Made by a program: the position numbers and the translations under genes. Below, in pieces: positions 25,620-34,693 of a stretch of 60,125 bases of DNA. Below the pieces are notes generated by a model. That model saw only the letters and a program-made list of their open reading frames with translations. It ran no database searches and had not been told where the DNA came from. Positions within the stretch are counted from its first letter, which is position 1, and the number at the start of each line of letters is the position of its first letter. The stretch is from Bacilli bacterium (GTDB lineage Bacteria > Bacillota_I > Bacilli_A > RFN20 > CAG-826): assembly GCA_049433705.1 (NCBI GenBank), contig JBMTFA010000001.1:1-60125 (forward strand), in the 5' to 3' direction.

Positions 25620-26367
25620 ACATGTTTATGTCCTCTTTACGAGTGTCCTATTAGCGAGCTGTGGGATGGATGTCAAAGCAGTCTATGATCGCAGTCTTTA
25701 TCACACGACCATATTTAAAGACAACTTTTATGTAGACACTTTATTAACCTCAGCCTTCGCTCCAAGTCAACTTAGGGGTAGCAAGACCACCCTTACCATT
25801 GAAGCCGCAAACGTGAATCAAACCATCCCTACTTCAGATGATGATCCAAACGGGGATGATTATGCGCTTAATAATCAATTAAGCAATGCGTTACCAAGCT
25901 TAAATTATGGTATCGAATCGAAATTATTTGATGGCATTCTTTATTGTACCGATGCGGTGAGAGCCTCAAAATCAAGATTACAACTCTTGCCATCGGGCAT
26001 GGGTTATCAATTTTCAAAGTCAATTGAAACTTCATCAACTCAAACGCTTGGCTTCTTTATGAAAGCCGGTGCAGATACCAATGCCGGAGGGCAACACCTA
26101 ACTGAGATCATGGTCACTTTTACGTTATTTAAAAGTTTTGAAGATGGGTATCAAGCAACGGAAATTATCATCCCCATCACCGATCTTAAAGCAACATTCT
26201 TTCCTGGTTATTATGAAGTAAGTCTCCCAAACCATACGCTTGAAGGAACTGTTGGTTTTGCCTTTCAATACGCGATCACCGCCCCAGTTCCTGAAGCAGA
26301 AAAAGTAGATTTAACCGGTGTATTTTTATATGAAGTGTTAATGCCGACGGCAACGTTTGCCGAATAA
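25603..26367 (+). CDS. lipoprotein, unknown function
   Basis: Signal peptide with lipobox (VLLASC). Overlaps the ATP-grasp gene by 17 nt. Confidence 0.6.
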   Translation: MKPLPKHVYVLFTSVLLASCGMDVKAVYDRSLYHTTIFKDNFYVDTLLTSAFAPSQLRGSKTTLTIEAANVNQTIPTSDDDPNGDDYALNNQLSNALPSLNYGIESKLFDGILYCTDAVRASKSRLQLLPSGMGYQFSKSIETSSTQTLGFFMKAGADTNAGGQHLTEIMVTFTLFKSFEDGYQATEIIIPITDLKATFFPGYYEVSLPNHTLEGTVGFAFQYAITAPVPEAEKVDLTGVFLYEVLMPTATFAE

Positions 26368-26374
26368 TAGTCAA

Positions 26375-27721
26375 TTAAGCGTTTGTTTTCTTCATCATCC
26401 CCGTCAGTGGGTCAACCATAATCATGCCCATCAGCATGAACATCAATTGCCATAAAGGTTCTTCGTGCATCAAGCGTGGGCGATTTCGCAATGCTTCTCG
26501 AACATAGGGAAACGTATGAAGGAAAAAAGTCTGCTGGAACATAAAGACGACGACGATCATGATCAAGGTCATTTTCACTGGGATAGCAATCGAACCTTGT
26601 TGATCAAACACCCGGAGTTGGTTGATAAAAAAGACCGCAATTAAGACCAAACCAGCAAAGGCAAATAAACCTGCCTGATGCAACGTATCAAACACAATCG
26701 ATTGGGTACTTAAGACGTATCGACCATTGACCAAGATAGGAGCAAATCCACCAAACGGATATTGGGGTAAACTTCTTAGCACGCTTTGATAACCTTCCAC
26801 AAGCGGGAAATCCAAAATCCGATTGAGCGGATAGATCGATGTCAACACAGGTCTTAAATTGAAGAGGTTATAGGTATCGATAAAAAATAAAACCACCATG
26901 AATGCGAGAACGCTCACACTTGTCCACAACGCAATCAAGCGGATTTTTTGATGACGCTTCATCCACGTTGGCCACAGGTTGAGCCCATAAAACCCTAAAC
27001 TAATCAATCCGGAAATAATGAAAGGAAACATCGTGGGTAATAAGATAACGCCAAGGAATCCAGTGACACCCGAAAGCATCCACCAGGCATCTTTTTGCCA
27101 GCGAATCCCTTGAAATATTGTTTTAAGGTGGGCAAAGAAAGGCATGAGCAGGATGGTAAGGTAAACGTCCATGTAACTTGCTTTCACTTCAACAAACTGA
27201 AGTCCCATTAACCATTTCACTTCTTCACTGACTGTGTAAACTTCTCCGTTGACGTAAATCACCTGGCCTGCATATAACCATTGATACCAAGGTCCATAAC
27301 GGTAAACCGTATAAAGCACATTGATCAACACGAATAAACTTAAACCAATCACAAGGATGCTCATTAATTTTTCAATCGAAAAAGATTGGACGCGGACTAA
27401 CCAAAATCCCAACATATAAAATGCCGGAAAACTCACCGCAATCAAAGCACTTCTTAACCATGTACTTGTTTCTAAATAAAAAGGTGACAAAGATAAAAAT
27501 AAAGTGAATAGTAAGATGGCAATCACCATTAATCCTAAATCGGTTTTGCTGTCTTCACTAAGAGACTTGTGACCGGTGAGCCATAAAGCAGTAACAAGAA
27601 CAATCACCATCAACCCATACACAAACGGAAGGTTGAAAGCTTGGAAACTGATAAGAAATAAAAACTGAAAAATTATCAGAGGATATAATGACGGAACGTT
27701 AACTTTACCAATATGCTCCAT
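26375..27721 (-). CDS. polytopic membrane protein, possible Wzy/O-antigen-ligase-like polymerase
   Basis: About 448 aa with at least 10 hydrophobic segments, inside the glycosyltransferase cluster. Start trimmed to ATG 27719-27721 (MEHIGK...) because the longer ORF overlaps the upstream gene by about 240 nt. The family assignment is inference. Confidence 0.45.
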   Translation of the reverse strand: MEHIGKVNVPSLYPLIIFQFLFLISFQAFNLPFVYGLMVIVLVTALWLTGHKSLSEDSKTDLGLMVIAILLFTLFLSLSPFYLETSTWLRSALIAVSFPAFYMLGFWLVRVQSFSIEKLMSILVIGLSLFVLINVLYTVYRYGPWYQWLYAGQVIYVNGEVYTVSEEVKWLMGLQFVEVKASYMDVYLTILLMPFFAHLKTIFQGIRWQKDAWWMLSGVTGFLGVILLPTMFPFIISGLISLGFYGLNLWPTWMKRHQKIRLIALWTSVSVLAFMVVLFFIDTYNLFNLRPVLTSIYPLNRILDFPLVEGYQSVLRSLPQYPFGGFAPILVNGRYVLSTQSIVFDTLHQAGLFAFAGLVLIAVFFINQLRVFDQQGSIAIPVKMTLIMIVVVFMFQQTFFLHTFPYVREALRNRPRLMHEEPLWQLMFMLMGMIMVDPLTGMMKKTNA

Positions 27722-28658
27722 GTTCCACCTTTCCCGCCCCCTGTGGCTTTTGTGTTGGTCTGATCCAATATTCGTTAAGATAACGACTAACATGTGCTCT
27801 TTGTTCCCATCGTCGACCGATGATCCCAAACATCGTTTGAGTTGCCCCACCCGTTTGAATCGCTTGTTTGCCCATGGTTTTAACAAACCAACATAAGGGT
27901 GAACCATACGCGCCTGCACCAATGAGCGCCACATCAAAATCATGTTTCATGATGGCAACTTTCATCGCATCCAGTGCATCAAACCAAGTGGTGTATCGTG
28001 GATCACTTGCCTCACCAATGGTTTGCACAGCTTTGACTGTGATTAAGGTAAATTCAGGCAAAACGCCTTGGGGAAATAACTTTTTCCGATTGGCATATTG
28101 CCTTTCGATGTCTTCAGCAAAAGGGGATACCACGAGCACTTTCTTTCCTGTGAGTTGTTGAATCCAATTGCCTCTTAAAGGTTCAAATGCTTCATAAGGG
28201 ATCACTTGCTTGGTGCCAAAGTAACGTTGAAAGATATAGGATTCCATATGGATACCCGAGATACCAAAGACATCCGTTTTCTTTGCATCCTTCATAAAAT
28301 GTTTTGCATAAAACGTTAAATGTTTATCATCGGTAGGAAAGAAACCTGCATTATTTTTCATGGCATATCGCACAATCGGTTTAAACGTTTTTTTAATCCC
28401 TAATAAGATTTTTTCATAATTATGAAGCGCACCCATTTCCACCGCGCCAATTCTTACGGCAGCAAAGGGTTCAGATTGACTGAGCATCTTGGTTAACACT
28501 TCATTACCTTGCGCTAATGAAAGACCCTTGTGCTGCAGGAACGTATGCGTTTGCGGTTTAATCCGAAATAATTTCCACTTAAATACCGCAATGGAACTTT
28601 TTAAAAATGCGAAACGATAATGATTTTTATTTAAAGGTAATAAAGGAATTTGCTTCAT
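27705..28658 (-). CDS. putative glycosyltransferase, distant GT-D (DUF1792)-like
   Basis: VRIGAVEMG and LIGAGAYGSPLCWFVKTMGKQAIQTGG resemble the RFGDGE and GP...QAIDIGH blocks of DUF1792 as I remember them. Start at ATG 28658 (or 28664), downstream of the pfp terminator. Confidence 0.4.
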   Translation of the reverse strand: MKQIPLLPLNKNHYRFAFLKSSIAVFKWKLFRIKPQTHTFLQHKGLSLAQGNEVLTKMLSQSEPFAAVRIGAVEMGALHNYEKILLGIKKTFKPIVRYAMKNNAGFFPTDDKHLTFYAKHFMKDAKKTDVFGISGIHMESYIFQRYFGTKQVIPYEAFEPLRGNWIQQLTGKKVLVVSPFAEDIERQYANRKKLFPQGVLPEFTLITVKAVQTIGEASDPRYTTWFDALDAMKVAIMKHDFDVALIGAGAYGSPLCWFVKTMGKQAIQTGGATQTMFGIIGRRWEQRAHVSRYLNEYWIRPTQKPQGAGKVEHGAYW

Positions 28659-28665
28659 TGCCATT

Positions 28666-28671
28666 ATTATA
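28666..28671 (-). promoter_or_regulatory. -10 hexamer, leaderless arrangement
   Basis: On the minus strand: TATAAT, then 7 nt (AATGGCA), then ATG 28656-28658. Confidence 0.45.
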
Positions 28672-28705
28672 AAAGAAAAACATCGAGTGTGTTTCACTCG
28701 ATGTT
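28671..28705 (-). terminator. intrinsic terminator after the phosphofructokinase gene
   Basis: Perfect 11-bp stem AACATCGAGTG aaaca CACTCGATGTT, followed by TTTTCTTTT on the minus strand. Confidence 0.8.
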
Positions 28706-28716
28706 ATCTAACTTCC

Positions 28717-29916
28717 TTACTTGACTTTGACTTTCTTTAAGATGGCGCGTTTCACCACACCATTTTCATACACAAACTTTGGGCTACCTTTTAATAACGG
28801 CCGGACATATTGCTTCATTAAGGTTCCTTCACCATGGACATCCACCACCCATTCAGGTGATAGTTTTTTTTCCACGTTGGCAATCTTATTGAGCTTTTGT
28901 AATTTAAAGCTCACTTTATAAGGATTGTCAGATTTACGGGAGATCACCACCATCGCATCGGTTTTTCCTTTGACCGCTTTTTTCACCGCAACAGAAGACA
29001 CCTTGATGGCTTCTTTAGAATCGACCAACGTGATGTATTGCGCTGCCGCTCTTTGCATTAATGAGAATTCAATTGGGCGAGTCGAATAGCCAAAGCGATC
29101 TTTGACCAATTGGGCAAGTTGGTAAGCGACCCCACCCATTTGGACATGACCAAAGCCATCCACTTCTTTTCCTTGATGGGGCATTTGGGTTAAGATGCCT
29201 TCTGACACGACGAACAATGCTTTTTTCTTACGGTCATAGACGTCTTTTACTTCTTGTAAGAAAGTTTCAAGATTAAACGTATCTTCAGGTAAATAAATGC
29301 GATCCGCTTTGACATCGCCTTCCAGTAAAGCCGCAACCGCGGTTAACCAGCCAGCGTTACGACCCATGACTTCGACAATGGCAACTTTACCTTTGTTATA
29401 GACCATGTTATCAATGGCAACATCTTGTAAGGTTTGTAAGACAAATTTCGCCGCAGATGGAAAGCCTAAACAGTGATCGGTATTGGCAAGGTCATTGTCG
29501 ATTGTCTTGGGTATACCAATGACGTTGCAGTCATAACCGACTTCTTTCATTAACTTTGATAACTTGTGGCAAGTGTCCATGGAGTCGTTGCCTCCATTGA
29601 CGAGCAAATACCCGATGTTATATTTCTTTAACGTTGCTAAGATTTTTTGATAATCAGGATGCGTGACATCACTACTTAATTTATAACGCGCTGTGCCAAG
29701 GATTGCCCCTGGGGTTTGTGAAAGTAATTCTACCGTTTCATCACTTTCCGCTCGCAAATCAATCAAATTATCGTTTAAAACGCCTTCAATCCCATATAAA
29801 GAGGCATAAATGCCACCAATTTCAGGATGTTTCTTTGCTTCTTTGATCACCCCATATAATGAGGTATTGATGACAGAAGTTGGACCGCCGGATTGAAAAT
29901 ATAATAGGTTTTTCAT
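28717..29916 (-). CDS. pfp: 6-phosphofructokinase, probably pyrophosphate-dependent
   Basis: 399 aa of the PFK family. GGNDS replaces GGDGS and PKTIDND replaces PGTIDND, giving Asp and Lys at the positions equivalent to E. coli PfkA Gly104 and Gly124. AGGAG SD. Confidence 0.8.
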   Translation of the reverse strand: MKNLLYFQSGGPTSVINTSLYGVIKEAKKHPEIGGIYASLYGIEGVLNDNLIDLRAESDETVELLSQTPGAILGTARYKLSSDVTHPDYQKILATLKKYNIGYLLVNGGNDSMDTCHKLSKLMKEVGYDCNVIGIPKTIDNDLANTDHCLGFPSAAKFVLQTLQDVAIDNMVYNKGKVAIVEVMGRNAGWLTAVAALLEGDVKADRIYLPEDTFNLETFLQEVKDVYDRKKKALFVVSEGILTQMPHQGKEVDGFGHVQMGGVAYQLAQLVKDRFGYSTRPIEFSLMQRAAAQYITLVDSKEAIKVSSVAVKKAVKGKTDAMVVISRKSDNPYKVSFKLQKLNKIANVEKKLSPEWVVDVHGEGTLMKQYVRPLLKGSPKFVYENGVVKRAILKKVKVK

Positions 29917-29939
29917 ACTTGCTCCTTTTTTCCGAAGTT

Positions 29940-29948
29940 ATTATAACA
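29940..29948 (-). promoter_or_regulatory. extended -10 promoter candidate for pfp
   Basis: The minus strand reads TGtTATAAT, about 24 nt upstream of the ATG. The SD lies within the leader. Confidence 0.45.
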
Positions 29949-29986
29949 ATAAACCCTTAACATTTCTTAGATAATTGATTAAAATA

Positions 29987-30002
29987 GTTAATACATATTA
30001 AC
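29987..30002. repeat. 16-bp palindrome GTTAATA-ca-TATTAAC in the pfp / surface-protein divergent region
   Basis: Perfect 7-bp arms with a 2-nt spacer, read directly from the sequence. Confidence 0.6.
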
Positions 30003-30078
30003 TGTTGCGTAGATATAACAAATATGTATAATTAACGCATAACTACTTCACATAGTTATGCCTTTTGGGGGTATTTAC

Positions 30079-30924
30079 ATGATTAAACTATCAAAATCAA
30101 ACGTGAGTCACTTACTGCTTTTAACCATCGCAGCAGGTGTCTTTTTATCTAATCCAGTTAATGTAAATTCTCCTACTGAAGTCAACGCTGCATCATTAAC
30201 CTTTACCATTACCTCTGCAAATTTCTCAACACTAAGTACGAGCACTGCAACCACCTCTGAAACATTGGGCTCAATTACTGTTTCCGGCGTACAAATTGAT
30301 TTAGGAGTTAAAAATGCATTTATAAATAATCAAAATACTTTAGAATTAACAAAAAATGCTTCAGCATTGTACAACATCAACCCCCTTCCCGGGACCATTA
30401 ATTCTATTCTCATCACTCAAAAAACTGGTCAATCTAATACACTTCATGTTGGGAGTAGTTCACGCATTATCAATTCAACCGCAGGAAATTATAGTGTGAT
30501 CTCTGGTACTTCGGATGATAACACTACTGTTTCAAGCACATCCCAATCATTCAATTCATCTTCTTTTGCGATTCTTGGTACTGGAACTAATTTATCCTAC
30601 TTTGCATTTCTTCCAACGGGTGGATCTAATAGCCAAATCGAAAGTATTGCATTTAATATGACAGTTGCTGAAGTTGTTGCAAATAATGGTCAAACGTATT
30701 CATTCGCGATCGATTTTCTTGCTACCACTGACAATAAACAAGGTTTGTGTACAACTGAGGGCCTCAGTTGGTCAACATTAGAAACGCAATATAATGCCTT
30801 AACATCGGATCAAAAAACTGCATTTCAAACTGATACAACCGATCCTGAAATTCTTGCCGCAAGACTACGTTATGTTTACTTACGAACTGTCAACTCAGGC
30901 CTCACCAATTTTGCAAGTCTTTAA
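30079..30924 (+). CDS. secreted Ser/Thr/Asn-rich surface protein, unknown function
   Basis: Start at ATG 30079, with a GGGGG SD-like run upstream. Signal peptide MIKLSKSNVSHLLLLTIAAGVFL. The mature part is low-complexity S/T/N-rich. Confidence 0.6.
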   Translation: MIKLSKSNVSHLLLLTIAAGVFLSNPVNVNSPTEVNAASLTFTITSANFSTLSTSTATTSETLGSITVSGVQIDLGVKNAFINNQNTLELTKNASALYNINPLPGTINSILITQKTGQSNTLHVGSSSRIINSTAGNYSVISGTSDDNTTVSSTSQSFNSSSFAILGTGTNLSYFAFLPTGGSNSQIESIAFNMTVAEVVANNGQTYSFAIDFLATTDNKQGLCTTEGLSWSTLETQYNALTSDQKTAFQTDTTDPEILAARLRYVYLRTVNSGLTNFASL

Positions 30925-30955
30925 TCATTATCGATTCATAAGTTTATAAGTTATA

Positions 30956-31984
30956 ATGGGGACTGTGAAAAACAGTCCAATTCGCCTAAGAGTCTTATCT
31001 AAAGCTCTATCCGTCCCTGGTCAAGGGGTTGGTTCAGCTTATCTTGAACAATTACAACTCATTCAACAATCCAAAGAAATAAAACCCATCTTAAAAGGTG
31101 GTGATTTTGATGCATTACATATTCATACGATTAATTTTCGTTACTTATTGATGCTTTGGGCGACGAAGAAACCTGCGATCATGTATGTTCACTTTTTACC
31201 TAGCACCTTAGACCAATCGATTCGATTACCAAGTTTTATCTTTGGTTTTTTTAAATGGTATGTGAAATCTTTCTATAAAGCCGCTGATTATCTTGTCGTC
31301 GTGAATCCAATCTTTATCGCCCCCTTAGTGATGATGGGTATACCCCAATATCGCATTCATTTCATTCCGAATTATGTGAATGAAACCAAATTTTTATCCA
31401 CCACTTCAAAGGAAGTTTTACGAGATAAATATCAGTTTAAACGTTTTACCGTCTTAGGGGTTGGCCAAGTCCAACACCGAAAAGGGATCATGGATTTCAT
31501 CGCAACCGCTAAAGCCTTACCCCACTTAGATTTTGTCTGGGCGGGTGGTTTTTCCTTTAAAGGGATTACCTCTGGGTATGAAGAGTTAAAGGCTGTCATG
31601 GATAATCCACCAAAAAATGTTCGTTTTTTAGGCATTATCCCGCGTGAAGCAATGAAAGACTTATATGCAGCGAGTGATGTCTTTTTCTTACCTTCCCTCG
31701 ATGAACTGATGCCGATGAGTGTCCTAGAAGCAGCGGTAAATCTTAAACCAATCTTATTAAGAGACCTTCCCCTTTATCAACCGGTCTTCTTTGACCATTA
31801 TTTAAAAGCGCACGATGTCACTGGATTTGTTAAAATATTAAATGTTTTATCTCAAGATAAAACGCAACAAGACGAAGCCATTCGCTTAAGTCAAGAATTA
31901 AGAAATGCGTATCGTCAGGAAGTTATTTTAAAACAATGGGAAACCTTTTATAAGGAGGTCGTCAAACGTGGCAAAACTCATTAG
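30956..31984 (+). CDS. GT4 glycosyltransferase, glycolipid-synthase-like (diacylglycerol glycosyltransferase family?)
   Basis: 342 aa with an EX7E-type motif (LDELMPMSVLEAAVNLKP). ATG 30956 sits inside a TATAAT hexamer, and the alternative start GTG 30965 is 7 nt after it. The lipid-acceptor role is inference. Confidence 0.65.
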   Translation: MGTVKNSPIRLRVLSKALSVPGQGVGSAYLEQLQLIQQSKEIKPILKGGDFDALHIHTINFRYLLMLWATKKPAIMYVHFLPSTLDQSIRLPSFIFGFFKWYVKSFYKAADYLVVVNPIFIAPLVMMGIPQYRIHFIPNYVNETKFLSTTSKEVLRDKYQFKRFTVLGVGQVQHRKGIMDFIATAKALPHLDFVWAGGFSFKGITSGYEELKAVMDNPPKNVRFLGIIPREAMKDLYAASDVFFLPSLDELMPMSVLEAAVNLKPILLRDLPLYQPVFFDHYLKAHDVTGFVKILNVLSQDKTQQDEAIRLSQELRNAYRQEVILKQWETFYKEVVKRGKTH

Positions 31985-32912
31985 TATTGGTGAAGCTTTA
32001 ATTGATCAAGTGAAGCAAGGGGTAAAAGTCGTGGGTAAATTTGTGGGAGGTGCTCCCGCCAATGTCGCAGCGATGGTAGCCCATTTAGGTCAACCTGCCG
32101 TTCTTTTTACCAAAGTTGGCGATGATGAAGAAGGTAAATTAATTATCCAAACCTTACAACATAAGGGTGTTGATGTCAGTCAAATCAAAACCACGGATGC
32201 CCATGACACAACGATTGCAAAAGTGCAAGTCGATAAGAAAGGCCAACGGACGTTTACCTTTGATCGACGAAATGCTGCCGATTTATTTTTAATGAAAGAA
32301 GAAATCGATCCCGCTTTGTTTGAAGCTAATAACATCCTGCATTTTGGCAGTGTGAATTTAGTTCCATCCTTATCTAGAAAAGCCCACGAATTTGCGATTG
32401 ATTTAGCAAAGAAACAAGGTTTAATTATTTCCTTTGATCCTAATCTTCGCTTCAACCTTTGGCCAAACCCCTTAAGTTTACGAGAAGCAGTTAAAGAATT
32501 TATGTTTGGCGTGGATATCTTAAAAGTCACGGAAGAGGAATTGAATTTCATTTTCCCAGACATGAGTATCGAAGCTGCGATTGAAAAAGTATTCCAAGCA
32601 AAAGTTATGTATCTTATTCTATCTAAAGGGGACCAAGGCGTCGCCCTTCACCAAGCTAAACAAAAACCGATACACATTAAAGGGCAAAAAGTGAAAGTCG
32701 TAGACACCACCGGTGCAGGCGATGCGTTAATCGGTGCCTTCCTTGCTAAAATTTTAGCCGCAGGATTACCCAAAGCCAAACTCGCCTCCAATACAAGTAA
32801 ATTAAAAGACTTCCTTAGTTTTGCCAATCAAGTTGCCGCTTTAACCGTCACCAAAAGTGGGGCAATGGATTCCTTTCCGCCATTAGAAGTCATTAAAAAA
32901 ATTAAAGCTTAA
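31968..32912 (+). CDS. PfkB-family sugar kinase (fructokinase-like)
   Basis: GTG start 8 nt after GGAGG. Motifs GGAPANVA and DTTGAGDALIGAF. Confidence 0.85.
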   Translation: MAKLISIGEALIDQVKQGVKVVGKFVGGAPANVAAMVAHLGQPAVLFTKVGDDEEGKLIIQTLQHKGVDVSQIKTTDAHDTTIAKVQVDKKGQRTFTFDRRNAADLFLMKEEIDPALFEANNILHFGSVNLVPSLSRKAHEFAIDLAKKQGLIISFDPNLRFNLWPNPLSLREAVKEFMFGVDILKVTEEELNFIFPDMSIEAAIEKVFQAKVMYLILSKGDQGVALHQAKQKPIHIKGQKVKVVDTTGAGDALIGAFLAKILAAGLPKAKLASNTSKLKDFLSFANQVAALTVTKSGAMDSFPPLEVIKKIKA

Positions 32913-32925
32913 GGAGATACAATCT

Positions 32926-33123
32926 ATGAAAACGAATGTTGGTAAACTCGATCAAATCCTTCGCATCATTGTAGGGATTGCTTCCCTTATCTTAGGCTTC
33001 TTCTTCCACTGGGGATTTTATCTTCTTGGCGCGATGTTGATCATCACGGCCTTTACAGGCTTTTGTGGCATTTATGCACTCTTTGGCATCACCACTTGTC
33101 CTAGAAAAGTAAACGCTAAATAA
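32926..33123 (+). CDS. DUF2892 (YgaP-like) small membrane protein
   Basis: 65 aa. NVGKLDQILRIIVG plus two TM segments and a C-terminal Cys are typical of the family. GGAGA SD. Confidence 0.7.
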   Translation: MKTNVGKLDQILRIIVGIASLILGFFFHWGFYLLGAMLIITAFTGFCGIYALFGITTCPRKVNAK

Positions 33124-33135
33124 TCGAATCCATAT

Positions 33136-33164
33136 AAAAACCTAAGCGCAATGCTTGGGTTTTT
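33136..33164. terminator. bidirectional intrinsic terminator
   Basis: A5, then CCTAAGC gcaat GCTTGGG, then T5, between convergent genes. Confidence 0.65.
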
Positions 33165-33187
33165 ACTTATTAAATTTAATGATTCGA

Positions 33188-34651
33188 TTAATCAAAATCC
33201 GTGATTAAAAAATTAGTGAATTGCCAAACATCGCTCGTATCAATATGCGGACGATTATAGGTTTGAAATTCATTATAGTAATTCTTTAACGGATGCCAAT
33301 CAAACGGTTGAGAAATAAAGGTGCCTAAGTAAGGTTTAGCAACTTTTAAAATGTCTTCATGGGGTAATTGTTCTGGATGCATATAACCCGCTTGCGGATG
33401 ATCAATCATCCAAAGCATCGCAGCAACCACACTAATGGCGACTTGCACCGTGGTGGCATTTTGATGGGGGACGAGTGCACGAGCTTGGTGAATGGTGAGA
33501 ATCGATCCAATCCACCAGGATTGATAAGGATGGCCCATGATTAAAGCCCCAAGGATATCTTCACCTTGAGTGATGTCATCATTCATAATGCGGACTTTCG
33601 ATTGCAATTGATAATTATTACCTCGTAATTCATGCAAAGAGGCAATCGCGGCATCACTGGGGCAATAAGCATAGTGCACGGTGGGGCGATAAACGACTTT
33701 TTCACCTTGCCACACCGTTAAAAAATCAGAAAGGGTAAAAGCTTCACCATGGCGAACGACCATCCCGCGAATTTCATAATAAGGAACATAACTAGAAACA
33801 AAGGTATTCATCCCCATTCTCGCTAAGCAAATTTGATTCTTCGGACCGTGTTTATGCGTGTATGCAAGTTCAGGTAATTTTTTTTCGTGCGTACCCCAAC
33901 CCATTTCGGCCGTCGTGGTTCCTTCTTCACGGAAACCTTCTACAGACCAAGTGTTAACAAATTCATCAACCCGTTTAGGTTGTTGAGAAATCTGGGTATC
34001 GCGTTCGGAAATATGAATGACTTTCACCCCAATACGCTGGGCTATTTCATGAAACTTTTGTTGGTCGATTAACGCCTCTAACATCACTTTATCTTCATTG
34101 AGCACAAGCCGATCGCGAATCATTTTTTTTGCAATGTCAAATAACCCTTGTTTAACAAGTGAAGAAATTAAACCTGGATTGGCGCCATGTTCCGTAATGA
34201 TGGTGGGTCCTTTTTTCTTCCAACCCTTCATCATGTCTCTTAAACGCATATGGCGATAATATAAAGTTTTTTCAGTCGGATGCTTTTGATGACTGGCAGT
34301 ATAGGGATCCCATAATTCAATCGAGGTGTTAAGATAATTCACTTCATGGTCATGACACCATTGAATAATATCTTCGGCGCCAATATTCCAAGCAAGATCA
34401 ATCAGCATGTCACCGGGTTGAAGATATTTTTCTAATTGATCCGCCATCGTGGCTTGATTTATTTTTTCTCTTGCATAATGCACACCTTGATCAATCCAAG
34501 GCTGTAATAATGCTTGTTTGTCCTCGAAATCCATCACGGTAACATGGTCATATTTGACATTGATATGTTTAAAAAGAATCGGTAATGTGCATTGCGCAAC
34601 GCTACCAAAACCAATGATCAGAATTCTTTGATTAATTTTTTTTTGCATCAC
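33188..34651 (-). CDS. hss: homospermidine synthase-like NAD-dependent enzyme (saccharopine dehydrogenase superfamily)
   Basis: 487 aa. The N-terminal Rossmann motif RILIIGFGSVAQCTLPIL and the overall length match my memory of bacterial homospermidine synthases. No search was run. Confidence 0.65.
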   Translation of the reverse strand: MMQKKINQRILIIGFGSVAQCTLPILFKHINVKYDHVTVMDFEDKQALLQPWIDQGVHYAREKINQATMADQLEKYLQPGDMLIDLAWNIGAEDIIQWCHDHEVNYLNTSIELWDPYTASHQKHPTEKTLYYRHMRLRDMMKGWKKKGPTIITEHGANPGLISSLVKQGLFDIAKKMIRDRLVLNEDKVMLEALIDQQKFHEIAQRIGVKVIHISERDTQISQQPKRVDEFVNTWSVEGFREEGTTTAEMGWGTHEKKLPELAYTHKHGPKNQICLARMGMNTFVSSYVPYYEIRGMVVRHGEAFTLSDFLTVWQGEKVVYRPTVHYAYCPSDAAIASLHELRGNNYQLQSKVRIMNDDITQGEDILGALIMGHPYQSWWIGSILTIHQARALVPHQNATTVQVAISVVAAMLWMIDHPQAGYMHPEQLPHEDILKVAKPYLGTFISQPFDWHPLKNYYNEFQTYNRPHIDTSDVWQFTNFLITDFD

Positions 34652-34693
34652 AAATATTGTATGTCAATTTAAGAAAAAAGATACAAAAGGATG

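Noticed and set aside
27722-27943. N-terminal 74-residue extension of the Wzy-like membrane protein. Similar extensions occur at tgt (4030-4083), the GT at 21166-21279, the MATE pump at 39274-39351, the chrA first-half subunit gene (46964-46993) and tsaD (17856-17876).
   Set aside because: These extensions overlap the upstream gene or a terminator and encode non-hydrophobic junk. Internal ATGs with an SD, an ATGA coupling or a -10-N6/7 arrangement give proteins with normal N-termini.
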